From a virus (taxonomy: Duplodnaviria > Caudoviricetes), in IMG/VR virus record IMGVR_UViG_3300037851_000542, positions 1-64,000 of that record: a DNA stretch of 64,000 bases; one strand, written 5' to 3'. The notes beneath the pieces are model-generated. The model saw only the letters and a program-made list of their open reading frames with translations. It was not told where the DNA came from and did not search any database. Made by a program: the position numbers and the translations under genes. Position 1 is the stretch's first letter, and each line of letters starts with the position of its first letter. Shown piece after piece: positions 38,350-47,286 of this stretch.

Positions 38350-38568
38350 ATGGATTTAATTGTAATAGAGTATACAACCCTTGCTTCTTACTTCTGTTCA
38401 GTGGTATTATTTGGACTAGGGTTTATTGGCTTAGGTATTTATAAGCTCTTAGAGTCTAATAGTATAGCTCCTATAGTGGTACCTGTTTATTATTGTGTAG
38501 TTGCTTCTTTTGTATTTATAGAAATGTTTAGTTTTTTATTATTATTGGCAGTAAAATGGCAACTTTAG
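38350..38568 (+). CDS. small 2-TM membrane protein
   Basis: two hydrophobic segments; promoter 38291. Confidence 0.7.
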   Translation: MDLIVIEYTTLASYFCSVVLFGLGFIGLGIYKLLESNSIAPIVVPVYYCVVASFVFIEMFSFLLLLAVKWQL

Positions 38569-38725
38569 CCCCGAAAAAAAATAAACAATCAGGTGATTCA
38601 GACATTGGAAGTATGTTTATGATACTTGTAATCATATTTATGTTTATTATTTGGTTTAGTTGGTACTTGGATGTTAGAAGAAAAAGTTGGCATAATAATG
38701 ATCAAAACAAGTTAATTATAGAAGG

Positions 38726-38780
38726 TTGACAAGCAGTAGTGTTTTTGCTACTATACCTTAACTCTAAAGTTAAGGTATAG
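38726..38780 (+). promoter_or_regulatory. sigma70-type promoter and 12-bp inverted repeat upstream of tnpA
   Basis: TTGACA(38726)-N17-TACTAT(38749); CTATACCTTAAC-N6-GTTAAGGTATAG at 38751-38780. Confidence 0.75.
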
Positions 38781-39380
38781 TTAACTAGGCGATACTATAA
38801 GAGGAAGGAAGCAAGTCAGATTCTTGGATTGCACCCGAATACAATTAGAAGATATGAGAAAGAGGGAATTATCAACGGGATTAGGAATTCAGCAGGACAG
38901 AGGCTGCTTGATCTCGACTCCTATCTTGGCAGATCTAAAAGAAACAGAACAATCTGTTACTGCCGAGTCTCGTCGTCGAAGTAAAAAGACGATCTTGTCA
39001 GACAAATCCTCTACATGCAAGAGCAATTCCCAAACGCAGAGATTATCTCGGATGTCGGAAGTGGGATCAACTTTAAAAGAAAGGGACTTAAAGCCATTTT
39101 GGAATCAGCAATGTGCGGAGATAAGTGCACAGTTATTGTTGCCCACAGAGATCGTCTTGCGAGATTTGGCTTCGAACTCATTGAGTTTGTCCTTGAACAA
39201 AACGGTGGGAGGATCTTGGTTCTCGACAAAAGTTTACACTCACCTCAATCCGAGCTTACCAACGATCTGCTCGCAATACTTACCGTCTTTAGCTGCAGGA
39301 TGCACTGGCTCCGTAATTACCGTACAAAAATCAAAGAAGATAAAGCTCTTTCTAACAGCGGACCAAAGAAGAAAGATTAG
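38781..39380 (+). pseudogene. tnpA: IS607 TnpA (MerR-HTH + serine recombinase) with an internal stop
   Basis: KEASQILGLHPNTIRRYEKEG...CYCRVSSSK*KDDL..Q...DVGSGINFKRKGL...AHRDRLARFGFE; TAA at 38982-38984 where Gln is expected; no ATG at the 5' end. Confidence 0.85.
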
Positions 39381-40449
39381 ACATTGGGAAGGGGTGTCCC
39401 GACTTCTTTTTAATAAAACCGTAGCTCTTTTAAAGGATGGTACGGTTAAGTCCTCTTGGAGGTCTATAAAGACCGATCTTATTACTTCCCTACCAGACTG
39501 GTCGCATACAGCGCCCTACCAAGTTAGATCTATAGCTATACGAGATGCTTGCTTAGCAGTATCTGCAGCAAAGAAAAAATTCCTGAAAACAGGGGAGTTT
39601 CAAGAAGTAAGCTTTCGAAGAAAGCATACAGCCCTGAAAAGCATCTATATCCCTAGCTCTGCGGTAAAACCAAGTAAAGTCAGAGCTAAAAGCGCCAAAA
39701 TCTATTTCCGCCTTTTAGGTGATGTTAGATTAGCTGAAAAATTACCAGAATCGCACGGAGACTGTCGGTTAGTAATCTCGAACGGAGAATACTTTCTGAA
39801 TGTATCTTACAAAGCAACCTTCTTACCTAACTCTAGCGAAAACCAAACGAAAGTTAGGCAGAGAGTAGTTGCTTTGGATCCTGGTATTCGTTCGTTTGTT
39901 ACTTTTTTCGCTGAGAACTCTTTTGGTAAGATCGGGCAAGGAGATATTGGGAGGATAGGGAGGCTTTGCTATTACCTAGACTCTCTTTATTCTAAAATTG
40001 CCAAAGCAACGTCTAAATCAAAATATCGAATGCGGAAAGCTGCTGCTAGAATTAGAAAGAAAGTCAGAAACTTAATCGACGAACTTCATCATAAGTCCGC
40101 TGCCTTTCTAACTTCAAATTACGATTTAATCCTTCTTCCTAAATTCGAAACATCTAAAATGGTTCAAAGAAGTTACAGAAAGATTAGATCCAAAACCGCC
40201 AGAGCTATGTTGACTTTCGCGCATTATAAATTTAAGATGTTCTTAAATCATAAAGCGAACGAAAATAATGCAAAAGTCTTAGAAGTTTGCGAAGCTTACA
40301 CTTCGAAAACTAAATCTTGGTCGGGCGAAATAGTAAAAAATCTCGGCGGCAATAAGTATATAAAAGAAAAAGATCTAATTTTAGATCGAGATTTTAACGG
40401 CGCTAGAAATATCCTCGTTAAAACTTTAAGCGGGTTTAACAAAAGTTAA
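39313..40449 (+). CDS. tnpB: IS607 TnpB RNA-guided nuclease (start approximate)
   Basis: KKIKLF N-terminus, VVALDPGIRSF, LLPKFETSKM, LDRDFNGARNI RuvC motifs; the upstream part of the 541-aa track ORF is an alternate-frame read of tnpA. Confidence 0.85.
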   Translation, partial: VITVQKSKKIKLFLTADQRRKIRHWEGVSRLLFNKTVALLKDGTVKSSWRSIKTDLITSLPDWSHTAPYQVRSIAIRDACLAVSAAKKKFLKTGEFQEVSFRRKHTALKSIYIPSSAVKPSKVRAKSAKIYFRLLGDVRLAEKLPESHGDCRLVISNGEYFLNVSYKATFLPNSSENQTKVRQRVVALDPGIRSFVTFFAENSFGKIGQGDIGRIGRLCYYLDSLYSKIAKATSKSKYRMRKAAARIRKKVRNLIDELHHKSAAFLTSNYDLILLPKFETSKMVQRSYRKIRSKTARAMLTFAHYKFKMFLNHKANENNAKVLEVCEAYTSKTKSWSGEIVKNLGGNKYIKEKDLILDRDFNGARNILVKTLSGFNKS

Positions 40450-40499
40450 ACCCTTTGGGAGATTCCCCCTGTTTTTATCCGGCGCAATCCGAATAAAAA

Positions 40500-40694
40500 T
40501 TGCAGTGTTTTCGAATGGTAACATTAGTTAACATAATTGAATCGGTAGTAAGTATGTTCAGAGTTAAAAAAGTAGATAGACTTCTTAATCCCTCAAATGT
40601 TAAACTGAGTAAGGAAGCACAAGAAGTAGCTTTACAAAGATTTAAGGTGTTAGAAAAAAGTATTAAAGATTACGTAAAAAGATATAAGAAATGA
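40500..40694 (+). CDS. hypothetical protein
   Basis: start probably the ATG near 40554. Confidence 0.55.
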   Translation: MQCFRMVTLVNIIESVVSMFRVKKVDRLLNPSNVKLSKEAQEVALQRFKVLEKSIKDYVKRYKK

Positions 40695-40882
40695 GAAAAG
40701 TACCCTATACAGAAAAAAGAGAAAATGAGGAATATTTTATCAAAGGTAGTGCAATAAAATACAATGACCCTTTGGAAGATAAAGAAAGTTTAAAACAAAT
40801 TGTAAAAAATATTATAATTACTTTTGCAGTGTTTACAGCATTTATGATTATAATAGGTCTACTTATTTCTGTAATGAAATAA
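40691..40882 (+). CDS. small membrane protein
   Basis: C-terminal TM segment; ATGA coupling. Confidence 0.65.
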   Translation: MRKVPYTEKRENEEYFIKGSAIKYNDPLEDKESLKQIVKNIIITFAVFTAFMIIIGLLISVMK

Positions 40883-40901
40883 ATATCTTAAAAAGATAAA
40901 C

Positions 40902-41237
40902 ATGAAATTACAAGTTAAATACCACTCTAATTACGACTATAAAGACTTAACGAAGCCTTTTCAATCTGTTAGCCTTGTAACTGATTCTGTAGCTCTTTTT
41001 ACTGAAAACTACGATGAAGAGGTCCTTATAAGACTTTTCTTTGGCGTATGTCCTGAGATTACAATATCCTTAACAAAAAAAGACAAGCATTTTACTAAGG
41101 ATTTAGAAATATTAAAGGGACTACGAGGAGACATAGATCATAGTTGGTTGCGTAATCCAGCAGGAGGAAAACCATATTTAGGCAACTCTTGCTGTTGTTT
41201 CTCAGTATGTTTTTTAAACATTGAAAGGTTAGAATAG
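40902..41237 (+). CDS. hypothetical protein, paralog of 41257
   Basis: MKL.V.Y..N...FQS.S...IER shared. Confidence 0.75.
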   Translation: MKLQVKYHSNYDYKDLTKPFQSVSLVTDSVALFTENYDEEVLIRLFFGVCPEITISLTKKDKHFTKDLEILKGLRGDIDHSWLRNPAGGKPYLGNSCCCFSVCFLNIERLE

Positions 41238-41256
41238 CCCTTAAAATTAATAAATT

Positions 41257-41571
41257 ATGAAATTAAAAGTTATCTATAAACAGAATACTGCTAACTTCAG
41301 GAACTTTGAGTATTTTAATTTTACTGGAGAGTTTCAAAGTATTTCTGTGGATAATTGTAGCAAAGGTACTGGCATAAAGATAATTTTTAAAGAAGCGCCT
41401 GTAGTTAAAATTATTATAGGCGATACTACTCAAGAAGATGAAATATATTTAGAAAGGTTAAGGCAAAACCTAGAAAATGAGTATAAAGTCTGTCTAAGTG
41501 ATTCCGGTTACTTCAGCGCGATAAGCTATAAATTTTCAGCAGGTACTTTAAGAATTGAAAGAGTAAATTAG
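41257..41571 (+). CDS. hypothetical protein, paralog of 40902
   Basis: see 40902. Confidence 0.75.
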   Translation: MKLKVIYKQNTANFRNFEYFNFTGEFQSISVDNCSKGTGIKIIFKEAPVVKIIIGDTTQEDEIYLERLRQNLENEYKVCLSDSGYFSAISYKFSAGTLRIERVN

Positions 41572-41576
41572 GATAT

Positions 41577-41969
41577 ATGAAAAGTAAATTAGATTTTTCA
41601 GATCTTGTAGGAGGTGTTATAATTGAAATTAAGGGTTTGCAGAGCGGATCCGATGAAATAATATTTGTCTTAAAAGACGGACGTAAACTCACAATGTACC
41701 ACGATCAAGATTGTTGTGAGAATGTTGCTGTAGAGGATTTTGAAGGCGATATATTAGATATGCTAAATACACCTATACTCAAAGCAGAAATGTCAACTAA
41801 TCAAAACGATCCTGAAGAGGACGCCGGTGATAGTTTTACTTGGACTTTCTATAAACTAGCAACAATTAAAGGATCTTTAGATATAAGATGGTATGGGACA
41901 TCAAATGGTTACTATTCTGAAGAGGTCTATTTAAAGTGGGAAATTCCTGAGTTTAAATATATTATTTAA
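41577..41969 (+). CDS. conserved phage protein
   Basis: MYHDQDCCENV...SFTWTFYKLAT.KG...IRWYGTSNGYYSE motif; ends FKYII*. Confidence 0.8.
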   Translation: MKSKLDFSDLVGGVIIEIKGLQSGSDEIIFVLKDGRKLTMYHDQDCCENVAVEDFEGDILDMLNTPILKAEMSTNQNDPEEDAGDSFTWTFYKLATIKGSLDIRWYGTSNGYYSEEVYLKWEIPEFKYII

Positions 41970-42056
41970 TTTAAAAATAGGAAATTTTATACTCAAGTAT
42001 TTTACCATTAGTACCGATATATTCTATGGAAATAGTAATTTTATAAAAGGGAAGAT

Positions 42057-42287
42057 ATGGAATACCAAATTGTAAATCAAGATAATAAAAGAAGTTATAT
42101 AATTGTAACTGTAGGTAATAGTCAAGTAAAAATTACCAAAGATATAGGCGACTGGTTTACAGTAGAAAAACTAAATCCAGAAGTAACTAGTTACAATGAT
42201 TATATTTTTCTGCGTAGTGTTCCAGCAACCAGTTTTAATGAAGCTATTGAAAAAGTAAAAGAACTTCAAGAAAAATTTAGTTTGTAA
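42057..42287 (+). CDS. hypothetical protein
   Basis: promoter 41992. Confidence 0.7.
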   Translation: MEYQIVNQDNKRSYIIVTVGNSQVKITKDIGDWFTVEKLNPEVTSYNDYIFLRSVPATSFNEAIEKVKELQEKFSL

Positions 42288-42302
42288 ACTACTAAAGGAT
42301 TA

Positions 42303-42527
42303 ATGGAACTATACAAAGACATTGACTTTGAAGAGCTTGAAAAAAAGATTAAAAGTATAGTAAAATTAAAAGATATACACATGTTTGATCTACTGGATCA
42401 TAAGGATCTAGCCAAAGAAAATGAAGACGGTATTAGAATAGCTGTTTCACGTCTCCTACAGAAAGGAGAAATCGTATTTAAGAATGAACTGCTGTCGTCA
42501 ATTAGTAAATTTTCTCATCTTATTTAA
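42303..42527 (+). CDS. small protein, possible wHTH, tail-like end
   Basis: IRIAVSRLLQKGEI; ends FSHLI*. Confidence 0.6.
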   Translation: MELYKDIDFEELEKKIKSIVKLKDIHMFDLLDHKDLAKENEDGIRIAVSRLLQKGEIVFKNELLSSISKFSHLI

Positions 42528-42544
42528 ATTAAGGGATTAAAAAT

Positions 42545-42742
42545 ATGTTACAACAACCAAAACCTGTAGTACCTATAAATGAATATTTTGGTGGATCAGA
42601 TTATATGTACGTTATTTACGTCTCAGTCGGATTTGGTCTAGTTTTAGGCTTTCTTCCTTTAATTTGTGACGGCGCAAGAAAAGAAGAAGAAGAAAGAAAA
42701 CGAAAAGTATGTTTAGACCACGGGGGCATCTTGAGTATATAG
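42545..42742 (+). CDS. small membrane protein
   Basis: single TM segment. Confidence 0.6.
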   Translation: MLQQPKPVVPINEYFGGSDYMYVIYVSVGFGLVLGFLPLICDGARKEEEERKRKVCLDHGGILSI

Positions 42743-42821
42743 CATTATCTGATGGTACCTTTTATTGTACAGACGTAGAGTCAGAGGTTATTATTAATAT
42801 AGAAAACTTAAAACAACTAAG

Positions 42822-43907
42822 ATGAGAGATCAATTAGAAGAGGTCACTGAGAGGTACGAGCAGGTTGGGCAGATGTTGTCAGATCCGTCTACTATCCACG
42901 ACCGTGAGAAGTTTTCGAGATTGTCCCGTGAGCATAAAGACCTAAAGGAAATTGTTGCCACCTTTACTGCCTTTAAGCGGGTAGCTGAAGAGATTGAGGG
43001 AAATCAAGCGATTATTAAGGAGGGTAGTGATAATGAGTTGGCAGAAATGGCTCAGCTTGAGCTTAAGGAGCTTCAAGATAAAAGTGAAGCATTGGAGGAG
43101 CAGTTGCATGTTCTACTGCTGCCAAAAGATCCTCTTGACGAAAAAAACGTAATTTTGGAAATACGGGCAGGTACTGGTGGAAATGAGGCATCTCTGTTCG
43201 CTGGGGAATTGCTCCGCATGTATCTTCGATATGCTGAGCACCGTGGTTGGAAAAGTGAGCTGATGGACAGTAACTCATCTGAAGCTAGGGGTTTCAAGGA
43301 GGTGTCAGTGCTGTTATCCGGTGAAAAGGTCTATAGTAGGTTAAAGTTTGAGGCGGGAGTACATCGAGTACAAAGAGTGCCGGTAACCGAATCGCAGGGC
43401 AGAATCCATACTTCTACGGTAACAGTTGCAGTGATGCCGGAGGCTGAGGATATAGAAGTAGACGTTTATGATAAAGACATTCGGGTTGATGTTTATCGTG
43501 CGGGCGGACCCGGAGGGCAGTGTGTAAATACAACTGATTCAGCAGTTCGCCTTACCCATCTTCCCACGGGAATAGTTGTAGCGATGCAGGACGAAAAATC
43601 GCAACACAAGAACAAAGAGAAGGCGATGCGAGTTCTGAAGGCTCGGATCCTAGCAAAAAAAGAGGAGGAGCAGGCTGCTGAACGACGGGATGAAAGGCGG
43701 AGTCAAGTGGGGACCGGAGAACGTTCGGAGAAGATCAGGACATATAACTTTCCACAGTCAAGAGTTACTGATCATAGAATTCATTTGACGGTACACGCTT
43801 TGGATCAAGTGCTTAATGGAAGCCTTGATCTTTTGCTTGAGCCTATTATTGTGGAGTCTAGGGCTCAAAGTATTTCGCAGCAGAAGCAGGGAATTACCAA
43901 TATCTAA
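42822..43907 (+). CDS. prfA: peptide chain release factor 1
   Basis: EIRAGTGGNEA, GVHRVQRVPVTESQGRIHTS (PxT motif specific to RF1), GGPGGQ.VNTT (GGQ), RTYNFPQSRVTDHRI. Confidence 0.97.
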   Translation: MRDQLEEVTERYEQVGQMLSDPSTIHDREKFSRLSREHKDLKEIVATFTAFKRVAEEIEGNQAIIKEGSDNELAEMAQLELKELQDKSEALEEQLHVLLLPKDPLDEKNVILEIRAGTGGNEASLFAGELLRMYLRYAEHRGWKSELMDSNSSEARGFKEVSVLLSGEKVYSRLKFEAGVHRVQRVPVTESQGRIHTSTVTVAVMPEAEDIEVDVYDKDIRVDVYRAGGPGGQCVNTTDSAVRLTHLPTGIVVAMQDEKSQHKNKEKAMRVLKARILAKKEEEQAAERRDERRSQVGTGERSEKIRTYNFPQSRVTDHRIHLTVHALDQVLNGSLDLLLEPIIVESRAQSISQQKQGITNI

Positions 43908-44134
43908 AACTTAAAATAAATTATTTAATTTAAAAATACGGGGAGTTAATGAGAATAGTAAACAACTTAGATCCATTACTTTTATTGAGCAATGTTAAAG
44001 GTGAGCTTAGATGTACAAAAGGAGGAGAAAAAGTTGGACGTTTATATAGTGATGACTAAATTTTTAGCCTAAAGTTTTGTTATATTGTTGCCGATAATAT
44101 ATACATAAGAGTTATTTATTGGAGATATTTATAT

Positions 44135-45247
44135 ATGTGTGACAATATAACAAAGTTTGAGATGTCTATCGCAGGGTGTAACAAGAATAACCAGTTATTA
44201 GCTAAATTACATGAAAAATACGGTACTACTAAGGCTTTACCTCCTGAGACTGCATTCGTAGTAGGTCATACTCTACTATACGGTCCTGCAGGCTGTGGCA
44301 AAACTTCCTCAGCTTTAAAATGTGTAGAATTAGCAGGAGCGTCTGAAGAAAATAAAACTTTTTTTAAACTGTCTGCAGACAGTATTAATACAACTATAGA
44401 ATTTGTCAGAATACTAGAAGCAATATTAAACTGGGAAGGGTATCTTTGCAACTATGGTAAAATAGACCATAAGCATTGCGGTAAAAGGTGTTGTATTAAG
44501 GATCCAGTTCACCCTAGAGGACCAATTAAGCCTATTTACTTATTTATTGATGAAATTCACAACCTCAAAAAAGAAGTCCAAGAAGGGCTATTACTAATAT
44601 TAGAAGATTTCAGGTATCAGTATCGTGACGGAAATATAAACTATGATGTTCGATTTCCAAAGTTTACATTGCTTGCAGCTACAACTGATCCTGGGTTGCT
44701 TTTAAAGCCACTTATTAGCAGGTTTAAAATCAAATTAAAGGTTGATAGAAAAACTGATCAAGATATGGAATCAGTAGTTACTAGATTAGCAACAGAAAGA
44801 GGGCTAATACTAGAGCAAAAATCAGTTGAAGTTTTAAGTAGGATTTCGCAGGGGATTCCAAGAGAAGCACGTAACCACGTAGAGGGTTTATATAATTGCT
44901 GGGCTTATTTATTACATAATAATTCATCCATAGAAGGGCTTAGGGAGGATATTATTACTGGTAATGTAGCTGCCTACTATGCTAAAATTAATAATTTTAT
45001 ACAAGACGGTACTTCCCAAGAGCAATTAAATGTATTACTATATTTGAGCGGTAAGAGTGATAACGGTAAGTATATTACTGCCGGGGTCAAAAAATTATGT
45101 AATTCTTTAAGCTTTGATGAAAATTATTATTTATCCTTTATAGAGCCTAGGTTAATATTGAACGGATTGATTGATACGGCGCAATCAAGAAAGATTACTA
45201 ATAAAGGGCTAGAGTACTTAAACAGTATAAATAACAACTTGGATTAA
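44135..45247 (+). CDS. ruvB: RuvB-like AAA+ ATPase (Holliday junction branch-migration motor family)
   Basis: LLYGPAGCGKT, LFIDEIH, FTLLAATTDPGLLLKPLISRF, GIPREA, C-terminal IEPRLI..GLI. Confidence 0.8.
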   Translation: MCDNITKFEMSIAGCNKNNQLLAKLHEKYGTTKALPPETAFVVGHTLLYGPAGCGKTSSALKCVELAGASEENKTFFKLSADSINTTIEFVRILEAILNWEGYLCNYGKIDHKHCGKRCCIKDPVHPRGPIKPIYLFIDEIHNLKKEVQEGLLLILEDFRYQYRDGNINYDVRFPKFTLLAATTDPGLLLKPLISRFKIKLKVDRKTDQDMESVVTRLATERGLILEQKSVEVLSRISQGIPREARNHVEGLYNCWAYLLHNNSSIEGLREDIITGNVAAYYAKINNFIQDGTSQEQLNVLLYLSGKSDNGKYITAGVKKLCNSLSFDENYYLSFIEPRLILNGLIDTAQSRKITNKGLEYLNSINNNLD

Positions 45248-45248
45248 A

Positions 45249-45449
45249 ATGAGAGACCCTAAACGTATACCAAAATTACTAGATCTTATTAAAAAATTAT
45301 GGGAAAAAAATCCAGATTTAAGGTTACTTCAAATGTTGGGCAATCTATTTAATAGTGGTTTTGATCCTTATTACACGGAAGATGATATTTTATATAAAAA
45401 GTTAATTCAAATGTATGGCGATCCTGATTTAAAGGATAAAAACAACTAA
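45249..45449 (+). CDS. small conserved phage protein (DUF1040-like)
   Basis: MRDPKRIPKLLDLIKKLWEKNPDLRLLQML. Confidence 0.7.
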   Translation: MRDPKRIPKLLDLIKKLWEKNPDLRLLQMLGNLFNSGFDPYYTEDDILYKKLIQMYGDPDLKDKNN

Positions 45450-45504
45450 AGTTATTTTTAACTTATACCAATATATAAATATCAACTTAAATTATAGGAA
45501 CAGT

Positions 45505-45864
45505 ATGGGAAGAACAATTATTAAACTGGCAGATAGATACTTAGAGTGGTCTTCTATAGTTGACGCTCCTGCCACTTATGGTATGACTCTTGAGGAATTT
45601 AAAAATTACTACGAACAGTCCTACGGTACCAGTTCTATGGCTGAATTAGAGGAAAGACTTAAAAGGGTAGAAAAAACAGGCACAAGCTCTATGTCAGAGG
45701 AAACTGTAGACGAGTTGATATCTTTTAATAGAGCCGGATTTGAGGAAAGTTGTTTAAGCAAGGAAGAACTTATTGATCATTATGTAATAATTCCGGAACA
45801 GTTTTCAGTTAAGTTGGGTAAGAAGTTATCCTTAAGTAAAGATTTAGAAAACCTAAAAAAGTGA
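45505..45864 (+). CDS. conserved hypothetical phage protein
   Basis: YLEWSSIVDAP...RVEKTGTSS...FNRAG motif. Confidence 0.75.
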   Translation: MGRTIIKLADRYLEWSSIVDAPATYGMTLEEFKNYYEQSYGTSSMAELEERLKRVEKTGTSSMSEETVDELISFNRAGFEESCLSKEELIDHYVIIPEQFSVKLGKKLSLSKDLENLKK

Positions 45865-45963
45865 AATAATTTAAGCACTCTGTATAATTAATCATAAAAC
45901 TCTTGAGGATATTATCCTTAACACTGGTAATTTAAAAATTAAAAATTATTACTTATAGCCAAG

Positions 45964-46155
45964 ATGTTTAATAACCCTTTAATTAAAACCATTAAAGTTC
46001 CGGCAAACTTTAATGGAACTGTTATAGTGAAATATGATATAACCTATGAGAAATTTAGGAGAATAAATCTTTTAGCTAATGGACATACTTACCCTAAAAT
46101 TTCAACAGCTAATACTTGCTCTAAATACCCTACTAGTCATTTTGATAAGAATTAA
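45964..46155 (+). CDS. hypothetical protein
   Basis: short ORF. Confidence 0.5.
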   Translation: MFNNPLIKTIKVPANFNGTVIVKYDITYEKFRRINLLANGHTYPKISTANTCSKYPTSHFDKN

Positions 46156-46223
46156 ATTAATTTTTAATTAAAGTTTTTTATAATCTGCGCCGATATAAAT
46201 ATTGTTAATAACATTTAAAACCA

Positions 46224-46487
46224 ATGGAAAATACGGCTACAATAAACATCTCATTACCAGACCAGCTATCAGACTATGTTAAATCTAGAATAGATATAGA
46301 AGGCTATCAAACTGTAAGTGAGTATTTTAGACATTTAGTTAGAGAAGATCAGAAAAGTAAAACTGTGTCTACAATTAACAATCTTATTGAGGAAGCTTTA
46401 AATTCTCCAAGTACTCCTTTAACTGATGAGGACTGGTCCTTACTTAGAAATAAACTAGAGCAACATAGAGCTAAAAAAATAGATTAA
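46224..46487 (+). CDS. ParD-like ribbon-helix-helix antitoxin (no adjacent toxin)
   Basis: TINISLPDQLSDYVKSRI..EGYQTVSEYFRHLVREDQ...IEEALNSP; promoter 46168. Confidence 0.75.
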   Translation: MENTATINISLPDQLSDYVKSRIDIEGYQTVSEYFRHLVREDQKSKTVSTINNLIEEALNSPSTPLTDEDWSLLRNKLEQHRAKKID

Positions 46488-46492
46488 ATTAT

Positions 46493-46735
46493 ATGGCGTT
46501 AAAGGTTAAACAAGATTTTATTAATATACCTTATAGAGATATTGGGGCAGGACAATTTACAACTGAAAGGGTAATTTCTGTAAATGGTAATACAGTCATA
46601 GTCCACAGCTCAAATTTAGAAAACGGTAATATTAAATGTGAAATTACCAACCGTATTAAAAATGAAGTATGTTTTATTATACCTTGCACTGATGTTTTAG
46701 ATGGATATAGATTCTCTAGTATAATTTTAGTATAG
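46493..46735 (+). CDS. small beta protein with tail, paralog of 46744
   Basis: VISVNG...NG.I.C...IP; ends SIILV*. Confidence 0.7.
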   Translation: MALKVKQDFINIPYRDIGAGQFTTERVISVNGNTVIVHSSNLENGNIKCEITNRIKNEVCFIIPCTDVLDGYRFSSIILV

Positions 46736-46743
46736 TTAAAAAT

Positions 46744-46998
46744 ATGTTTGATAAATTTATTTCTATAAAACTGCCCTGTAAGTGTCTAAGTAATCCTGTT
46801 ATAGATTTTCTTACTGATACACGCACTGTTTCAGTTTTTGGTCATAAGTTTATAGTAGATAGAAGTTCATACTGGAATGGTGCTATTTTCTGCACTGCTT
46901 ATAAAAATCCTTCTAATAGTACCATTAGAGTGAAAATACCTTATAATAAAATTGTGACTAAAGTCAGTAGTGGAACTTTCATTTTAAATTTGATATAA
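46744..46998 (+). CDS. small beta protein with tail
   Basis: TVSVFG...NGAIFC...IP; ends ILNLI*. Confidence 0.7.
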   Translation: MFDKFISIKLPCKCLSNPVIDFLTDTRTVSVFGHKFIVDRSSYWNGAIFCTAYKNPSNSTIRVKIPYNKIVTKVSSGTFILNLI

Positions 46999-47006
46999 TT
47001 AAAAAT

Positions 47007-47267
47007 ATGTTTGAACAAAGAATAGAAGATATAGCTGAAATGATTTATTTTCTGGGGCACCAAGGCAAAGGTGTAACAGATATAACTGTAGCAATCAGTA
47101 ATAAATATAACCTAAATGAAACCAGTTCTATCTCTAGAATATTAGAGGAGTACTTTGATCCTAGTACTAAGCTGGGTTTACAAAAATCAGCAGAATTAAT
47201 AAATAGTGAAATAATGCTAAAGGAGTTAGAACAACATTCCGATATAATCTATGACAGTTTTAGATAG
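47007..47267 (+). CDS. hypothetical protein
   Basis: clean ORF. Confidence 0.7.
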   Translation: MFEQRIEDIAEMIYFLGHQGKGVTDITVAISNKYNLNETSSISRILEEYFDPSTKLGLQKSAELINSEIMLKELEQHSDIIYDSFR

Positions 47268-47286
47268 ATTAAAATAGGATTATAGT

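Larger units (their letters stand above)
38700..40560 (+). mobile_element. IS607-family element (tnpA serine recombinase + tnpB); ends approximate
   Basis: overlapping tnpA/tnpB, GC higher than the flanks, GC-rich structured right end at 40450-40530 (candidate omega/reRNA). Confidence 0.85.

Noticed and set aside
38824-39312. 541-aa TnpB with a long N-terminal extension, as in the ORF track
   Set aside because: The extension is an alternate-frame read of the tnpA region; TnpB similarity starts near 39313.
42822-43907. Alternative genetic code (TGA or TAG recoding) implied by RF1
   Set aside because: Conserved genes are intact under code 11, TGA and TAG both end genes cleanly with ATGA couplings, and the in-frame stops in the pseudogenes are TAA.
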